Of a stretch of DNA of 64,000 nucleotides, positions 45,828 through 58,926 are shown one piece after another; position 1 is the first letter of the stretch; every line of letters begins with the position of its first letter. The DNA is taken from positions 29,574,001 through 29,638,000 of the forward strand of contig OX597835.1 of assembly GCA_951406725.2 (NCBI GenBank). The letters are read 5' to 3'. Below the pieces are notes generated by a model. That model saw nothing but the letters and a program-made list of their open reading frames with translations. It made no database searches and was not told the DNA's origin. A program made the translations under genes and the position numbers. The stretch is from Octopus vulgaris. Taxonomy: Eukaryota.

Positions 45828-45828
<1 letters not shown>
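44885..45828 (-). mobile_element. Penelope-like element 3' fragment: GIY-YIG C-terminus, C/A-rich spacer, pLTR with minimal hammerhead-like motif (44953-44987)
   Basis: RYIRLGND..CHFRSTGHSLQHLSAFGL and RLRREQGLIFSLRSFASNGLN; CTTTCTGTTGAAGTGCGTAGGTTCGAAACGTTAAA. Confidence 0.75.
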
Positions 45829-45865
<37 letters not shown>

Positions 45866-46391
45866 GCTATAGTAGAAGACACTTACCCAAGCTGCCATGC
45901 AGTAGGACTGAACCCAGAACCATGTGGTTGAGAAGCAAGCTTCTTACCACACAGCCATTCCTATGTCTGTGAAATTATGTATGTAAGGTACTGAAGGATG
46001 AAGGTAGTAAGTGGGTAAGAAAAGTTCCTTTGACCCCGCTGCTACATGTTTAAATTCAAGAACTGAACTCTTTGGATCATGTCCATCAGTCACAAAATAC
46101 CTGTTACGGATTTGCACTGTTCCACCCAACGGTCATGGCTAGAATCCGCATCTCTACTATGTTCCTGCAGAACTTTCCCATACGTTTTAACTCCCATTAT
46201 TTTAAAATTTATTTTATTTATGTATATGTATGTATATATATATAATATATATGTGCGTGTGTTTGTATATAGATGTGTGCGTATGTATGCGTATGAGTGT
46301 AAGACTGTGTCCGGTGCATATAAGCGACTTTAATGTGCACATTATATGTATATGGATATGTTTGTATATGTGCGGGGGGTGAGATGGATAG

Positions 46392-46425
<34 letters not shown>

Positions 46426-46456
46426 AATATATATATATACATATACACATATATAA

Positions 46457-46520
<64 letters not shown>

Positions 46521-46869
46521 GCATATATGTATATATATGTGTGTATGTATATGCGGGAGTGTGAATGTATGTCTGTATATATATAATTATATATATATAT
46601 ATACACATGTGTGTGTGCGAGTATATGTGTATGAGTATATATATGCATATATGTTTGTGTGTGTGTCTGCGTGTGCGTATACATATTTGTGTGCATGTGT
46701 ACATATATAGAGGTTGTGAACGCAGGTGGTTTATGTCTATGTATGCTAGTTTTGTGAGTATATGGTTGTGTGTATTGTTTTATATATTTTTATCATATTT
46801 TTTATCTTTTTCTTTTTCCATCTATTAGAGTTACTTCTCTGATATTTAACGGTTTTTCGTGGCGTCTGT

Positions 46870-46941
46870 TGCCATTAATAACCGAGGAGAATGTATCGTA
46901 GATCTTTGCTCCAACATTCGCAACTCTGAGTACTAGGGTAA
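46870..46941 (+). ncRNA. Decayed type I hammerhead
   Basis: CCGAGGA-GAATGT...ACATTC-GCAA-CTC(T)GAG-TA: perfect 6-bp stem II and palindromic stem III, two core substitutions. Confidence 0.45.
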
Positions 46942-46970
46942 CCGTTTATTCTTTGCTCTAATTTTATAAT

Positions 46971-47018
<48 letters not shown>

Positions 47019-47107
47019 CCAACAATTTCATGTAATAAGAATGGTAAATAATAGGAATGGTAACCATTCTTACTACATGAAAAACCACAGAAAAATTATT
47101 TACCATT

Positions 47108-47167
<60 letters not shown>

Positions 47168-47194
47168 TACATATACATACATATATGATGCTTC

Positions 47195-48400
47195 AGTTTT
47201 GGGTGAGAAATAAAAGTCATTTTTCTGATATAATGTATGAACTTTAATCAATTATATATTTTCCCTTTTGTTCGACATCTTTCTGACATCTTCGTGATTC
47301 CGCTCTCACATAAATCCGGGTCCTTATCAGCCAAAAACTGAAGCAAGTGCGATTTCAGGTCATCATTATGATTAAAAGTTTTACCATTCAAAGAATTTTG
47401 CAAACTTCGAAATAAATGGTAATCTGATAGTGCGCGGTCAGGGCTATATGGTGGATGTGACATTACTTCCCAACTAAGCTCCAATAATTTTTCACGAGTT
47501 AGTAAAGACATTTGTAGTCTCGCGTTGTCATGGTGGAACACAATTCCTTTACGATCTGCCAATTCTGACCGGTTTCTTTTTATTGCTTCCTCCAGTTTCA
47601 TTAGTTGTTGGTAGTAAACATTTGAATTTATTGTTTGGTTCCTTGGAGGCAGCTCAAAATACACAACTCTTTTGTAATCCGACCTAATTGACAGCATGAC
47701 CTTTTCTTGATGCAATTCAGCTTTCGGTGTTGTTTCAGCTGGTTCATTACGTTTGGACCATGATCGTATTGTAGAGACAATCCATTTTTTTATCACCGGT
47801 GATGATTCGTTTAAAAGAATGGGTGATTTCATTGCGTTAGAGATGCATATCGCAAATATTGATTCGTTGTGTTAAGTGAATCACTTTCCAGTTATGCGGA
47901 ACCTAAACATCGACTTCCTTAACGAGTTCAATGCGTTTTTAGTGATTTTGAATTCTTGTATGTGATACATTTAACCTCTCTGCAATCTCTCGCACAGTTA
48001 TATAACAATCAGATTCAATTACGGATTTGATTCGGTCATCATCAACTTCAGTATGTCGACCAGAACGTTGGTCATCTTTGAGTGAAAACGGAATTTTTTT
48101 AACCATTTCTGACATATGTGTTCTGTTAAGCAATCAACACCATAAACTTGGCATATCTCTTTGTGAGCTTCAGCAGCTTCCTTGCTTTACAGAAATCAAA
48201 ATGCAAAATATGGTGAAAATGTTTGTTTTGCACTCCATGTTAAAGTTGACACTGAACTAACAGCTGTAAACAAAATTACGCGCAATTTGCTTCTAGAATG
48301 ACTTTAAATAACGGCTATCAAATGTCAAAAGTAAAAAATCGTACCATAGACAAAAGTCATTCAAACAAATCGTAACTCTATTTACGAAAAACGAAATGAT
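47195..48400 (-). mobile_element. Near full-length degenerate mariner element
   Basis: ORFs 47939-48133 (DDQRSGRH..ITVREIAERLNVSH) and 47248-47832 (KVMLS, FHHDNAR, HPPYSPDRALSDYHLFRSL). Confidence 0.9.
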
Positions 48401-49171
48401 CAACATCGGTCATTTCTAAAACCTGGAAATCCTCACATGTCCAGTGTATCCACCATCTGTCTCTACACGTGCGTACACTCCTAATAGCGGCGGAGTGATA
48501 TTAACGGTGGGGATGGCGTTGATATTGTTATCGGTGGTAAAGGAAAGACCACGGCAATAAATGTGTGAATCTGGGAGGGGAATATGTTGAATAAAATCAT
48601 GATTAACTGATCCCACTGTATTTTCTTTTACCCAAAGCCAGGAACTTTTCAGCACCCCTCGTGAAAGATTAATTCTAAGTAATTTATTTTACCTTTTATT
48701 TGAACGAGGCAAATTCGTCTCATAAATGTGATTGAAAAAAGAATAATGCTTTCAATTTTGAGATAGGACCATCAATTTCTGTCGACTACATCGACCCGGG
48801 TTCAACTGGTACTTATTTCATCGCATCTTTTCAGGGCCGATAAAATATAGCAAAGTTGACCTCGTCAGATTTTGAGCACGTATTACAAAAATATGCTAAA
48901 ATTACCCGCTGTATTTCATACTGCATTAATTTTAATCAATTAAAATTTAAGATTTGTCTCCACCAGTCTTTTATATATTTTCTTATCTAATTTTTTTTAC
49001 CAGAATTCTCCGTTTAGATTGTGTTCTCACATTACTAAATGTATAAAGAGCCAGTGGAACCGCGTGTGACCAAGTCGCAATTAGTGCGATGAAAATTTTG
49101 ACGCCTAAATAATGCGTTTGCTGATGCAAACAGTATTAAGTACAACCTAAATGTGTGTGCATCTGTCTATC

Positions 49172-49256
<85 letters not shown>

Positions 49257-49517
49257 CTTTTCTACTCTAGGCACAAGGCCAGAAATCAGATCAACACCAG
49301 TACGCAACTGGTACTTAATTTATCGACCCCGAAAGGATGAAAGGCAAAGTCGACCTCGGCGGAATTTGAACTCAGGACGTAGACAGACGAAATAGTGCTA
49401 AGCATTTCGCCCGGCGTGCTAACGTTTCTGCCAGCTCGCCGCCTTTCTATATATATATGCATGTATGTATCTATGTGTGTATGTATGCATGTATGTACAT
49501 ATATATATATATATATG

Positions 49518-49588
<71 letters not shown>

Positions 49589-50830
49589 GTATTGTGTGTG
49601 TTTTGTATCTATGTATTTACGAAACTACGTATGTGGTATCGCGTGTATATGACAGTCGTATTAACGTTATCATCCCATTGCCACTGAATATTTGTCGTTA
49701 CATAACGCTGTTCTCGCTGTCTCTGATATAAGTCATCTTCACTCTGCTACTGCGTTTCCCTCCGACTAAATACTCTTTGGACCCTTCTCATTTTATCATA
49801 TAATTCACCCAACCCCACTGAGGGGAACATTATTGATCTTTATTGAAATCCAGTTAGACTATCATCGAACTGGATGTTGGTGTAACATATATGTAAAGTT
49901 TCGTGAATATTGGTTTGCTGATTGAGGTACTATGATGGTAACAGACAGACAGAAATTGTCATATATATATAAGATATATATGTGTTATTATTTATTTCGA
50001 CTAAAGTAGTGAGTTGACAGAACCGTTAGCACAATGCTTAGTGGCATTTCGTTATGAATTCAAATTCCGCCTTTTCATCATTTCGGGATCGATAAAATAA
50101 GTACCAGTTAAACACTGGGGTCGATGTAGTCGACTTACTCCCCCACTGAAATTTCTGGCCTCGTGTCAAAATTTGATATCATTTATTCCTACTTAAACGT
50201 GTATGTTCTGCTAGGACAGACTATGCGGCTGTAGTTATCATTAAAAAAACTCCCAGATTGGCTTTTGGTGAAAAATAGCAGTCTTGTGCACTCTTATTTT
50301 TATTAATATTTAGCAGAAGTAACAGGGTGTCTGAAGGGCCGAGAGTTTCTTGCGTTAGCACTTATCAAACAAGACACCAAATAATAAATATCTGAGCATA
50401 GTTAAAAGTTTCGGTCTTTGAATGTTTTTCAATGGCTAACATATGTTTTCTCGGCTGCAATTGTTTTAGTTTCAACACACGGTCTCAGATCATGTTACTT
50501 GCCTGTCAAGTAGAGCTCCAAAATAAATGTATACAATCAGAGGAATAAGATTGTTGGATTTATTACATCAGGCATTTCAGCACAGTCCATTTATATATCT
50601 AGTATTGTTAGCTGTAGTAAAGGCGGCGAGTTGATAGAAACGTTGGCGCGCTGGGCAAAATGCTTAGCGGCAATTTTGCCCGTCTCTACATTCTGAGTTC
50701 AAATTCTGTTGGGATTGACTTTGCCTTTCATCCTTTCGGGGACGATAAAACAAATAGCAGATGACCACTAGAGTCCATCTCTTCCTCAAAAACTGCTGCC
50801 CTTGTGACAAAATTTGAAACCATCATCATC

Positions 50831-50885
<55 letters not shown>

Positions 50886-51130
50886 ATAGTAAGGCAACGA
50901 GCTGGCAAAATCATTAGCACATCTGACAAAATGCTAAGCGATATTTCGCCCGTCCTTTACCTCCTGAGGTCAAGTGTCGCCGAGGTAGACTTAACTTTTC
51001 ATCCTTTCTGTGGTAGGGTGGGATCGATAAAATAAGTACAATTCGAGAATTGAGGTCGATTACATCGACTAGCACCCTCCGCCAAATTTCATGTCATGTG
51101 CCTATGGTAGAAAGTATTATTATCATCATC

Positions 51131-51162
<32 letters not shown>

Positions 51163-51750
51163 TGAGTGAGAGAGCAGTGCATGCCATCAAAGTGACACTG
51201 GGGTACAAATATACGAAGCCCAGTATACCCATCATGACTACCCGTCTGATAAGGGTACATCAGGCACATGCATCACAACCATATATGCGCGACATGGTGA
51301 TCTCATAACAAGATAAACAGCACATGACCTTGCGGGTGGGGCCCAGTTAGAATTTTCTTCTGGTTGGGTAACCCATCCCACTCAAAAGGTCCCTGATTAA
51401 GGGTTGTTTAAGGGTGTTGAACGAAACACCCATGTTTCCAGGGGTAAATCATTCAAACCCCAAAGAATCCTTCTCAACACATGGCTATGACGCTACCCCA
51501 CTACTTCTGCTCGTGATCAGAGATGCACGTATTGTCAGCCACTAAGGGACATGCTCAACTGGTTAAGGTCAAACAACTGACAAGCAAATCTGTGATATTG
51601 AGCAGAATATTTGCTGTAGCCCATCTTTTATACCAAGACAAAAGAATGTACATGATAACAATTCCAGTCAGTTAAGATCAGAAGCCATGAGAGCCGCTGC
51701 CTCAGGGCATTATTATTATTAGTATTATTAGTATTATTATTATTATTATT

Positions 51751-51795
<45 letters not shown>

Positions 51796-51815
51796 ATTGT
51801 TATTATTATCATAAT

Positions 51816-51859
<44 letters not shown>

Positions 51860-52064
51860 ACGCAGTGAGCTGGCCGAATCGTCAGCACGCGGATAAAATG
51901 CTTAGCAGCATTTCGTTCGTCCTTACGTCTTGAGTTCAAATTCCGCCCAGGTCGACTTTGTCTTTCATCCTTTTGAGGTCGATAAAATAAGTACCAGTTG
52001 AGCACTGGGGCGGGGGGAGGGGAGGGGCTCGATGTAATTCTTGAAACCAAATATTATTATCATG

Positions 52065-52378
52065 AGTTCGTCCGTCGTTGTCAACGATTGACCAAGGACA
52101 TCAGATGGGAGAAGAACATGGCGCACGGCGTGTCTGAGTGTGGCCGATCATTCAGATGAGTGCTCGGAAGGCTCTGCCTCAGGTCGGGCACTGGTGGTCT
52201 GCTGAAGCTGAGGAGTTGGCTCTGGACTTGCGCAGCTCGCGTTATTATTATCATTTTTTTTTTTTTGTGCTCTTTGCCGTCCTATTCTGTACGTCGGAGG
52301 TGGCATCTCTGTTGGTGCAACTTCACCCGGCAGGACGGTCTTGCGCGTTTGTGTTTCCCAAATGCCAGAGTTGATCTC
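52065..52378 (-). pseudogene. RTE/BovB-like LINE 3' end
   Basis: RELRKSRANSS..HQCPT*GRAFRALI..GHTQT terminal C2H2-like motif. Confidence 0.6.
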
Positions 52379-52626
52379 AAAATATTACATCATACCACAC
52401 ATCTATATATATATCCTTCTGTTTACATTTCTTTTTTTAGAAAAAACCAGGATGTGATTCGTGAGTCATGTAACTGTCAAATTATTACAGGTCGACCACT
52501 TGCGTGAAGGTCTCCCGTAGATATAAATGTACTCTTGTACATACCTTCACATAACTCTACCTCTTTCTTTCATTCTCTTTCTTTCTCTACCTCCCTCTCT
52601 CCCTCCCCCATTCTCTCTCTCTACAA

Positions 52627-52708
<82 letters not shown>

Positions 52709-53009
52709 GCACGCACACACATATATAAGTACATACAAACACGCACGCTCGCATACACACACATACATACACACATATATATACATCCTCCATATATCCA
52801 TGCCCAACTCCCCTCTCTCTCCCCCCACTCTCCCCATCTCAATATATTATTCAGCTTCTCGCGTTCTCCTTTTCTCTCTGTTGGTGAGTCGTGTGTATAT
52901 ATATGCGTATGGACGTTTTACTATGTTTGTGTGTGTGTGTATGTGAAAGTGTGCATGCATGTGTGTGTATGTGTGTATATATGTGTGTGTGAGACAGTGT
53001 ACATGTGTG

Positions 53010-53142
<133 letters not shown>

Positions 53143-53320
53143 GGGTATATATATGTGTGTGTATATGTTTGTATATGTGTGTATATGTATGTGTGTGTAT
53201 ATATATGTGTGTGCATGTGTGTATGTATGTATGTATATATGTATGTACGTATGTATGTGTACATGTGTGTGTGTGTATATATATATATATGGGTATGTAT
53301 ATATATATATATATATGTGT

Positions 53321-53365
<45 letters not shown>

Positions 53366-54105
53366 TTCGTTGATGATACTAAATCTCCCCCATACAGCCT
53401 TAATTTTGTCTCCAGCTCTCTAAAATAACAAACACGTGTCTGGAATGAATGATAAGGATGAGAGGTTATTGACCTGCGCAGAAGTGACATAATTTGATTG
53501 GTGGTGGCGCCGACGGTTGCGGCGGTGGCTATGGTAGTATTAGAAATAATAGCAGTAGTAGTGGTGGTAGCTGGGGTGCGGTGCGGTGGTTGTGGTGAGG
53601 GCGTAGCGGTTGTAGTGTGGCGGTGTTAGGTATGTTGGAAGTACTGGTGTTAGAACAGGCTGTGGCGTTAATGGTGGTGACGGTGGTTGTAGCGGTTGTA
53701 GTAGTGGCAGTGGTGACGGGGGTCGCTGGAGAGATGGAATTGCGGTATTCATTGTGTTAGTGGTGGTGGTGGATACCATTGTGTTGCGAGAGTATCTCAG
53801 TAGTGTTGTTGTTGGTGGTGGTGGTGGTGGTGATGGTGGTGGTGGTGGAGGTCGAGGTGGTGGTAGTAACGCTAGTGACGGTGTTAGTCGTATATGTGTG
53901 TAGGTGGCAATGCAGATGGTTATGGTAGTAATGGTGACTGGTGGTGTTGACAGTGGAGGCTGCGGTGGCGTTGCCTGCGGTAGGAGCTGCGGCGACGTTG
54001 GCAGCTGTCTCGGCGGTCTTGGCAGTGGCGGTGGTAGTACTGCTGCTGCTGCTGCTGCAGCTGGTTCAGTTAATGCTTCTGATGCTGCTCACGACGACGA
54101 CGATC

Positions 54106-54171
<66 letters not shown>

Positions 54172-54510
54172 TCGGTTGATGGTGTACAACGACGTTATCG
54201 AAGCATTTCAAAATTTCCGTCGCCACCATCATTATTATCAGCAGCAGCAGCAGCAGCAGCAGCATCTCGTCGTCGTTGTCATTGTTGTAGCTGCTTTCGT
54301 TGGTGAAATCGTCGTCGTCGTCGTCGCCGTCGTTATCGTTATTATTGTTGTTGTTGCTCTTATTGTTTATTCCTAACCATCACACATTTCTCTTAGTCTA
54401 TCGAGGACAGCATTATCATATATTAACCTCTCGTTGGGCTGGAGATAATTTGGTTGCTATTTTTTGCAAATTGTCTGATCACGTAAAAGGAGGTTCCCTC
54501 CCTCTCTCTG

Positions 54511-54543
<33 letters not shown>

Positions 54544-54697
54544 CAATCTTTCTCTCTCTATCTATCTTTTTCTCTCTATTTCTCTCTCTCTCCTTCTTTC
54601 CCTCTCTCTGACTCTGTCTCTCTTTCCCTCTCTTTCTCTGTGTCTATTTCTGCCTCTACCTCTCTTTCTCCCTTTATAATCTGTAAGAACATTGACA

Positions 54698-54776
<79 letters not shown>

Positions 54777-55799
54777 GGACAACGTGAAAGAATTTTAACT
54801 GTCCGAGACTAATCAACAACAATAACTGCAACATCTGCAGTAAAAAGAGGAGTTTTCATGATACTGATCTCCATGCTCGAAATATCAAGTCATACACTAA
54901 TGCTTTGATATAATTTGACTCAGTTGCACATTCCTTAATGATTCGTAGGCCTAGAACATGTCTATCACGTCAGAAGTTCCCAGACCAGAATGTTGCCCAG
55001 ACTAAAATGTAACAATAACCCTGAATTATTCCTAATAAAGGTATATTCGGTTTAAGAGAACGCTATTATATTTCTTTTAAAAGTCATCTTTTATGTAAGA
55101 ATAGGTGTAATAGAGGTCCAGGGTATCATATATTATAACATTGAATGTATCCAATATAAGTAATAACAAAGAGCCTATCTAATTCAAGCATGTTAGATAT
55201 ATACACGGATTTAAATGAATATTAACATAGTTATATTTCATTTGGAAAATTATTATTGCATATAAGAGTACATTACCTTTTATTCTACAAATCCTTTCCT
55301 TCTTAAAATAATTTGTAACCGGTGTGTTAGAAGCTAAACTATCTATGGAAATAAGATCCATTCTTATAATGTGTGGAAACCGTAGTTTTTCAAGAGAAAA
55401 TACGTCTAAATATTGGAACAACAATACATGTAGGAATAAAGACTCCGCCGGTTACGACGACGAGGGTCCCAGCTGATACGATCAACGGAACAGCTTGCTC
55501 GTGAAATTAACGTGCAAATGGCTGAGCATTCCACAGACACGTGTACCCTTAACGTAGTTCTCGGGGATAATCAGCGTGACACAGAGTGACAAGGCTGACC
55601 CTTTGAAATACAAGTACAACTCATTTTTGCCAGCTGAGTGGACTGGAGCAACGTGAAATAAAGTGTCTTGCTCAAGGACACAACGCGTCGCCGGGAATCG
55701 AACTCACAACCTTACGATCATGAGCCGAATGCCCTAACCACTAAGCCACGCGCCCTCCCGTAAGAATAATAAATAAATGGAAGTAAGAGTTGCAAAGAG

Positions 55800-56390
55800 A
55801 TCCAGCTTATGCAGAATTAGACCATGCCCATCATGTCCTCGGTAATTATAAACGTTGCCAAGTCAGTACCTCAAGATACTCAATGCCTTTGAATTGGGCA
55901 AAAAATGAAAACCCCTCATTTTACACGTTGACAAACAGTTCAAGATCAAAATAAGGGTATGCACTGGTTCAAACCTTCATGGTAAATATACATGATGTTA
56001 GCTACATGAAAACATCTTTACCACCCGCTTAAAACGTATTAGTTTCACAACAACTAGTATAAAAGAGATGGGAAGTTTTCCTGTCGAATGCTTGTCGAAC
56101 AGGAACACAAAGAAATTGGTGGGGATTTCCATCGTTTGAATATCCTTCATAAAACTTATCTTTAGCAGAGCAGTATTATTGAAATCGCTGTTCATTAATT
56201 TTGCACTTCTGAAATTGAGACATCTAGGCTGACATGGCAAAGGCAATAAGTTCTAGGATCCAAGAGACATACCAAGTTGGCATGGAAGGAATTCTTGATA
56301 TAACTACATCCAATAGTTTGGTACATGTTGGTAAAATTCGGAATCTTCTTGACACGTGACTTGCGCCATTGCAGAGTCGCATCTGATCTA
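55800..56390 (-). pseudogene. Very old reverse-transcriptase remnant
   Basis: TTCGACAAGCATTCGAC (RQAFD-like) motif in a decayed context only. Confidence 0.3.
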
Positions 56391-56974
56391 AATTATATAC
56401 CGGACACACACACACACATATATATATTGGCAAAAACGGTAAGAAAGAAAGAGACCTCAATATTATTGTGAGAATATCTCAGTAGTGTTGGTGGTAGCAC
56501 TGATGGTGGTAGTGGTGGTGGTGGTGGTGGTGGTGGTGGTAGTAACGCTGGTGACGGTGTTAGTCGTATATGTGTGTATACCAATAATCTTTCATTAGGA
56601 AACCTTGATTAAGAAGTATTCCGGTGACCCACGTAGAGCTGAGGAATTTATGTTGATACAAACCAACCAGAGACGAAACGTGACCAGGGTAAAGATTTCG
56701 AAATACTACCAGAACTAGATTTCAGATGGTTGGTGAAATATACTGTATTTGAAGAAGCGAGCACGATGATAGAAATGAAACGATTCTGAAAGGAAAAACT
56801 TGTTCGCATAGGTGCAGGCGTGGTTGTGTGCTAAGAAGCTTGTTTCCCAGCCACGTAGTTACGGGTTCAGTCCCACTGCGTGACACCTTGGGCAAAGTGT
56901 CTTCTACCATAGTCGCGGGCCGACCAAAGCGTGGTGAGTGGATTTGGTAGACGGAAACTGAAAGAAGCCCGTCG

Positions 56975-57006
<32 letters not shown>

Positions 57007-57040
57007 TGTATGTATGTATGTATGTATGCATGTATGTATG

Positions 57041-57074
<34 letters not shown>

Positions 57075-57826
57075 TGTATGTATGTATGTATGTATGTATG
57101 TATGTATTTGTGTGCGTGTATGTGTGTTTTCCCCCTCCCCAATGCTTGACAACCAATATTGGTGTGTTTACGTTCTCGTAATTAGCGATTCAGCAAAAGA
57201 GACCGATAGAATAAGTACTAGGCTTACAACGAGTAAGTTCTGGGCTCGATTTGTTCAACTAAAAGGTGGTGCTCCAGCATGGCCGCAGTTAAATGACTGA
57301 AACAAGAAAAAGAATTAAAAGATAAAAAGAACAGGGTTAGAAATCATGATTAAGATTAAACCGAGATATTGGCCAAGATCCCTGACCTAATTCGGATATC
57401 TGGAAAGCAGTGTCTGCCCGTGGCACTGGAGGTCGGAAAAAAACCAGTGGAAACACCGATCACCTCATGACCGTCTGTCTTCAGCAACAGAATGCATCAG
57501 CTGAAATGGGGTCTCAATTGCTGTCAGCACTACATCAACAGCAACAGCAGGGTCAGAGTACAACCACAATATGGAAAATATGACTCTAACTCACAGAGTT
57601 ACCAAAAGAGGATGAAGGACAAGTTACGGAGGACAGGAAAACTAACAGCAATAATAGTCACCAAACTAATAACAATCCTTTCTAGTATAGGCACAGAGCT
57701 TGAAATTTGGGTGAGAGGGAGACTAGTCGATTACATCGACCCCAGTATTTCATTGGTACTTACCTAATTTATCGACCCCGAAAGGATGAAAGGCAATACT
57801 AATAATAATAACAACTGAAACTATTA

Positions 57827-57888
<62 letters not shown>

Positions 57889-58873
57889 GAGTGAGAGAGC
57901 AGTGCATGCCATCAAAGTGACACTGAGGTAAAATATACGAAGACCAGTATACCCATCATGACTACCCATCTGATAAGGGTACACTAGACACATGCATCAC
58001 AACCATATGCTTATTTTGCTGGCTATGATGGAAAGTGTCAGTTGTCCTCAGCTAGCAGTCACTAAGGTGACACTTGTTTACTGATCTTGCATCAAGAACC
58101 CAACGAAGAATTCTTGCAGTTCCAAGCAATGCTGATTTTTGTAGATGTTCTGCCTTCACACTTGCACAGTGGCGAGCTGGCAGAATCGTTATCACGTAAG
58201 GTGAAATGCTTTGCTGTATTTCGCCACTTCGCTACGTTCAAATTCCGCGAGGTCGACTTTGCCTTTCATCCTTTTCGGGGTCGATAAATTAAGTACCAGT
58301 TGAACACTGGGGTCGATGAAATCGATTTACCACCTCCCCTACTACTGCTGGCCTTGTGTCAAAATTTTAAACCATTAGTATCAACATGATCATCATTATA
58401 CTTGCTTTTGTTAATGTTTGTAATTGAAGCTGCATCAAAAGAAAGCTTGATAGTGAAACAGAAAAATATCATCCCGCCATGTTCGACTGTTTTTTTAATA
58501 AAAACATACACCAAAAGTGTAGATGTATATGTATCATAATATGTGTGTGTATACACATGCATATATAGATATGTGTGTGTTCGCATATGTATGCGTGTTT
58601 ATGAATGCACACACTAACACCGACACATACTCACATACATACACACATACACATCTTTATGAAGAGAAATACACACATCTACAATCATGTATATATGCGT
58701 ACATGTGTGTATGCATATATATGTATATATATATATGTATATATATGTACATATATATATATACATATATATATATATACATACATATATATATACGTGT
58801 GTGTGTGTGTATTCCTATATATGTGTATACACACATATATGTATGTGCATATATATATTATATACATCTATGT

Positions 58874-58926
<53 letters not shown>

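Noticed and set aside
49840-49976. Helitron-like 5' end (TCTTATATATA..CTGTCTGT on minus strand)
   Set aside because: No matching 3' hairpin/CTAG end identified
56636-56700. CTGAGGA...GAAACGT motif
   Set aside because: No supporting helices
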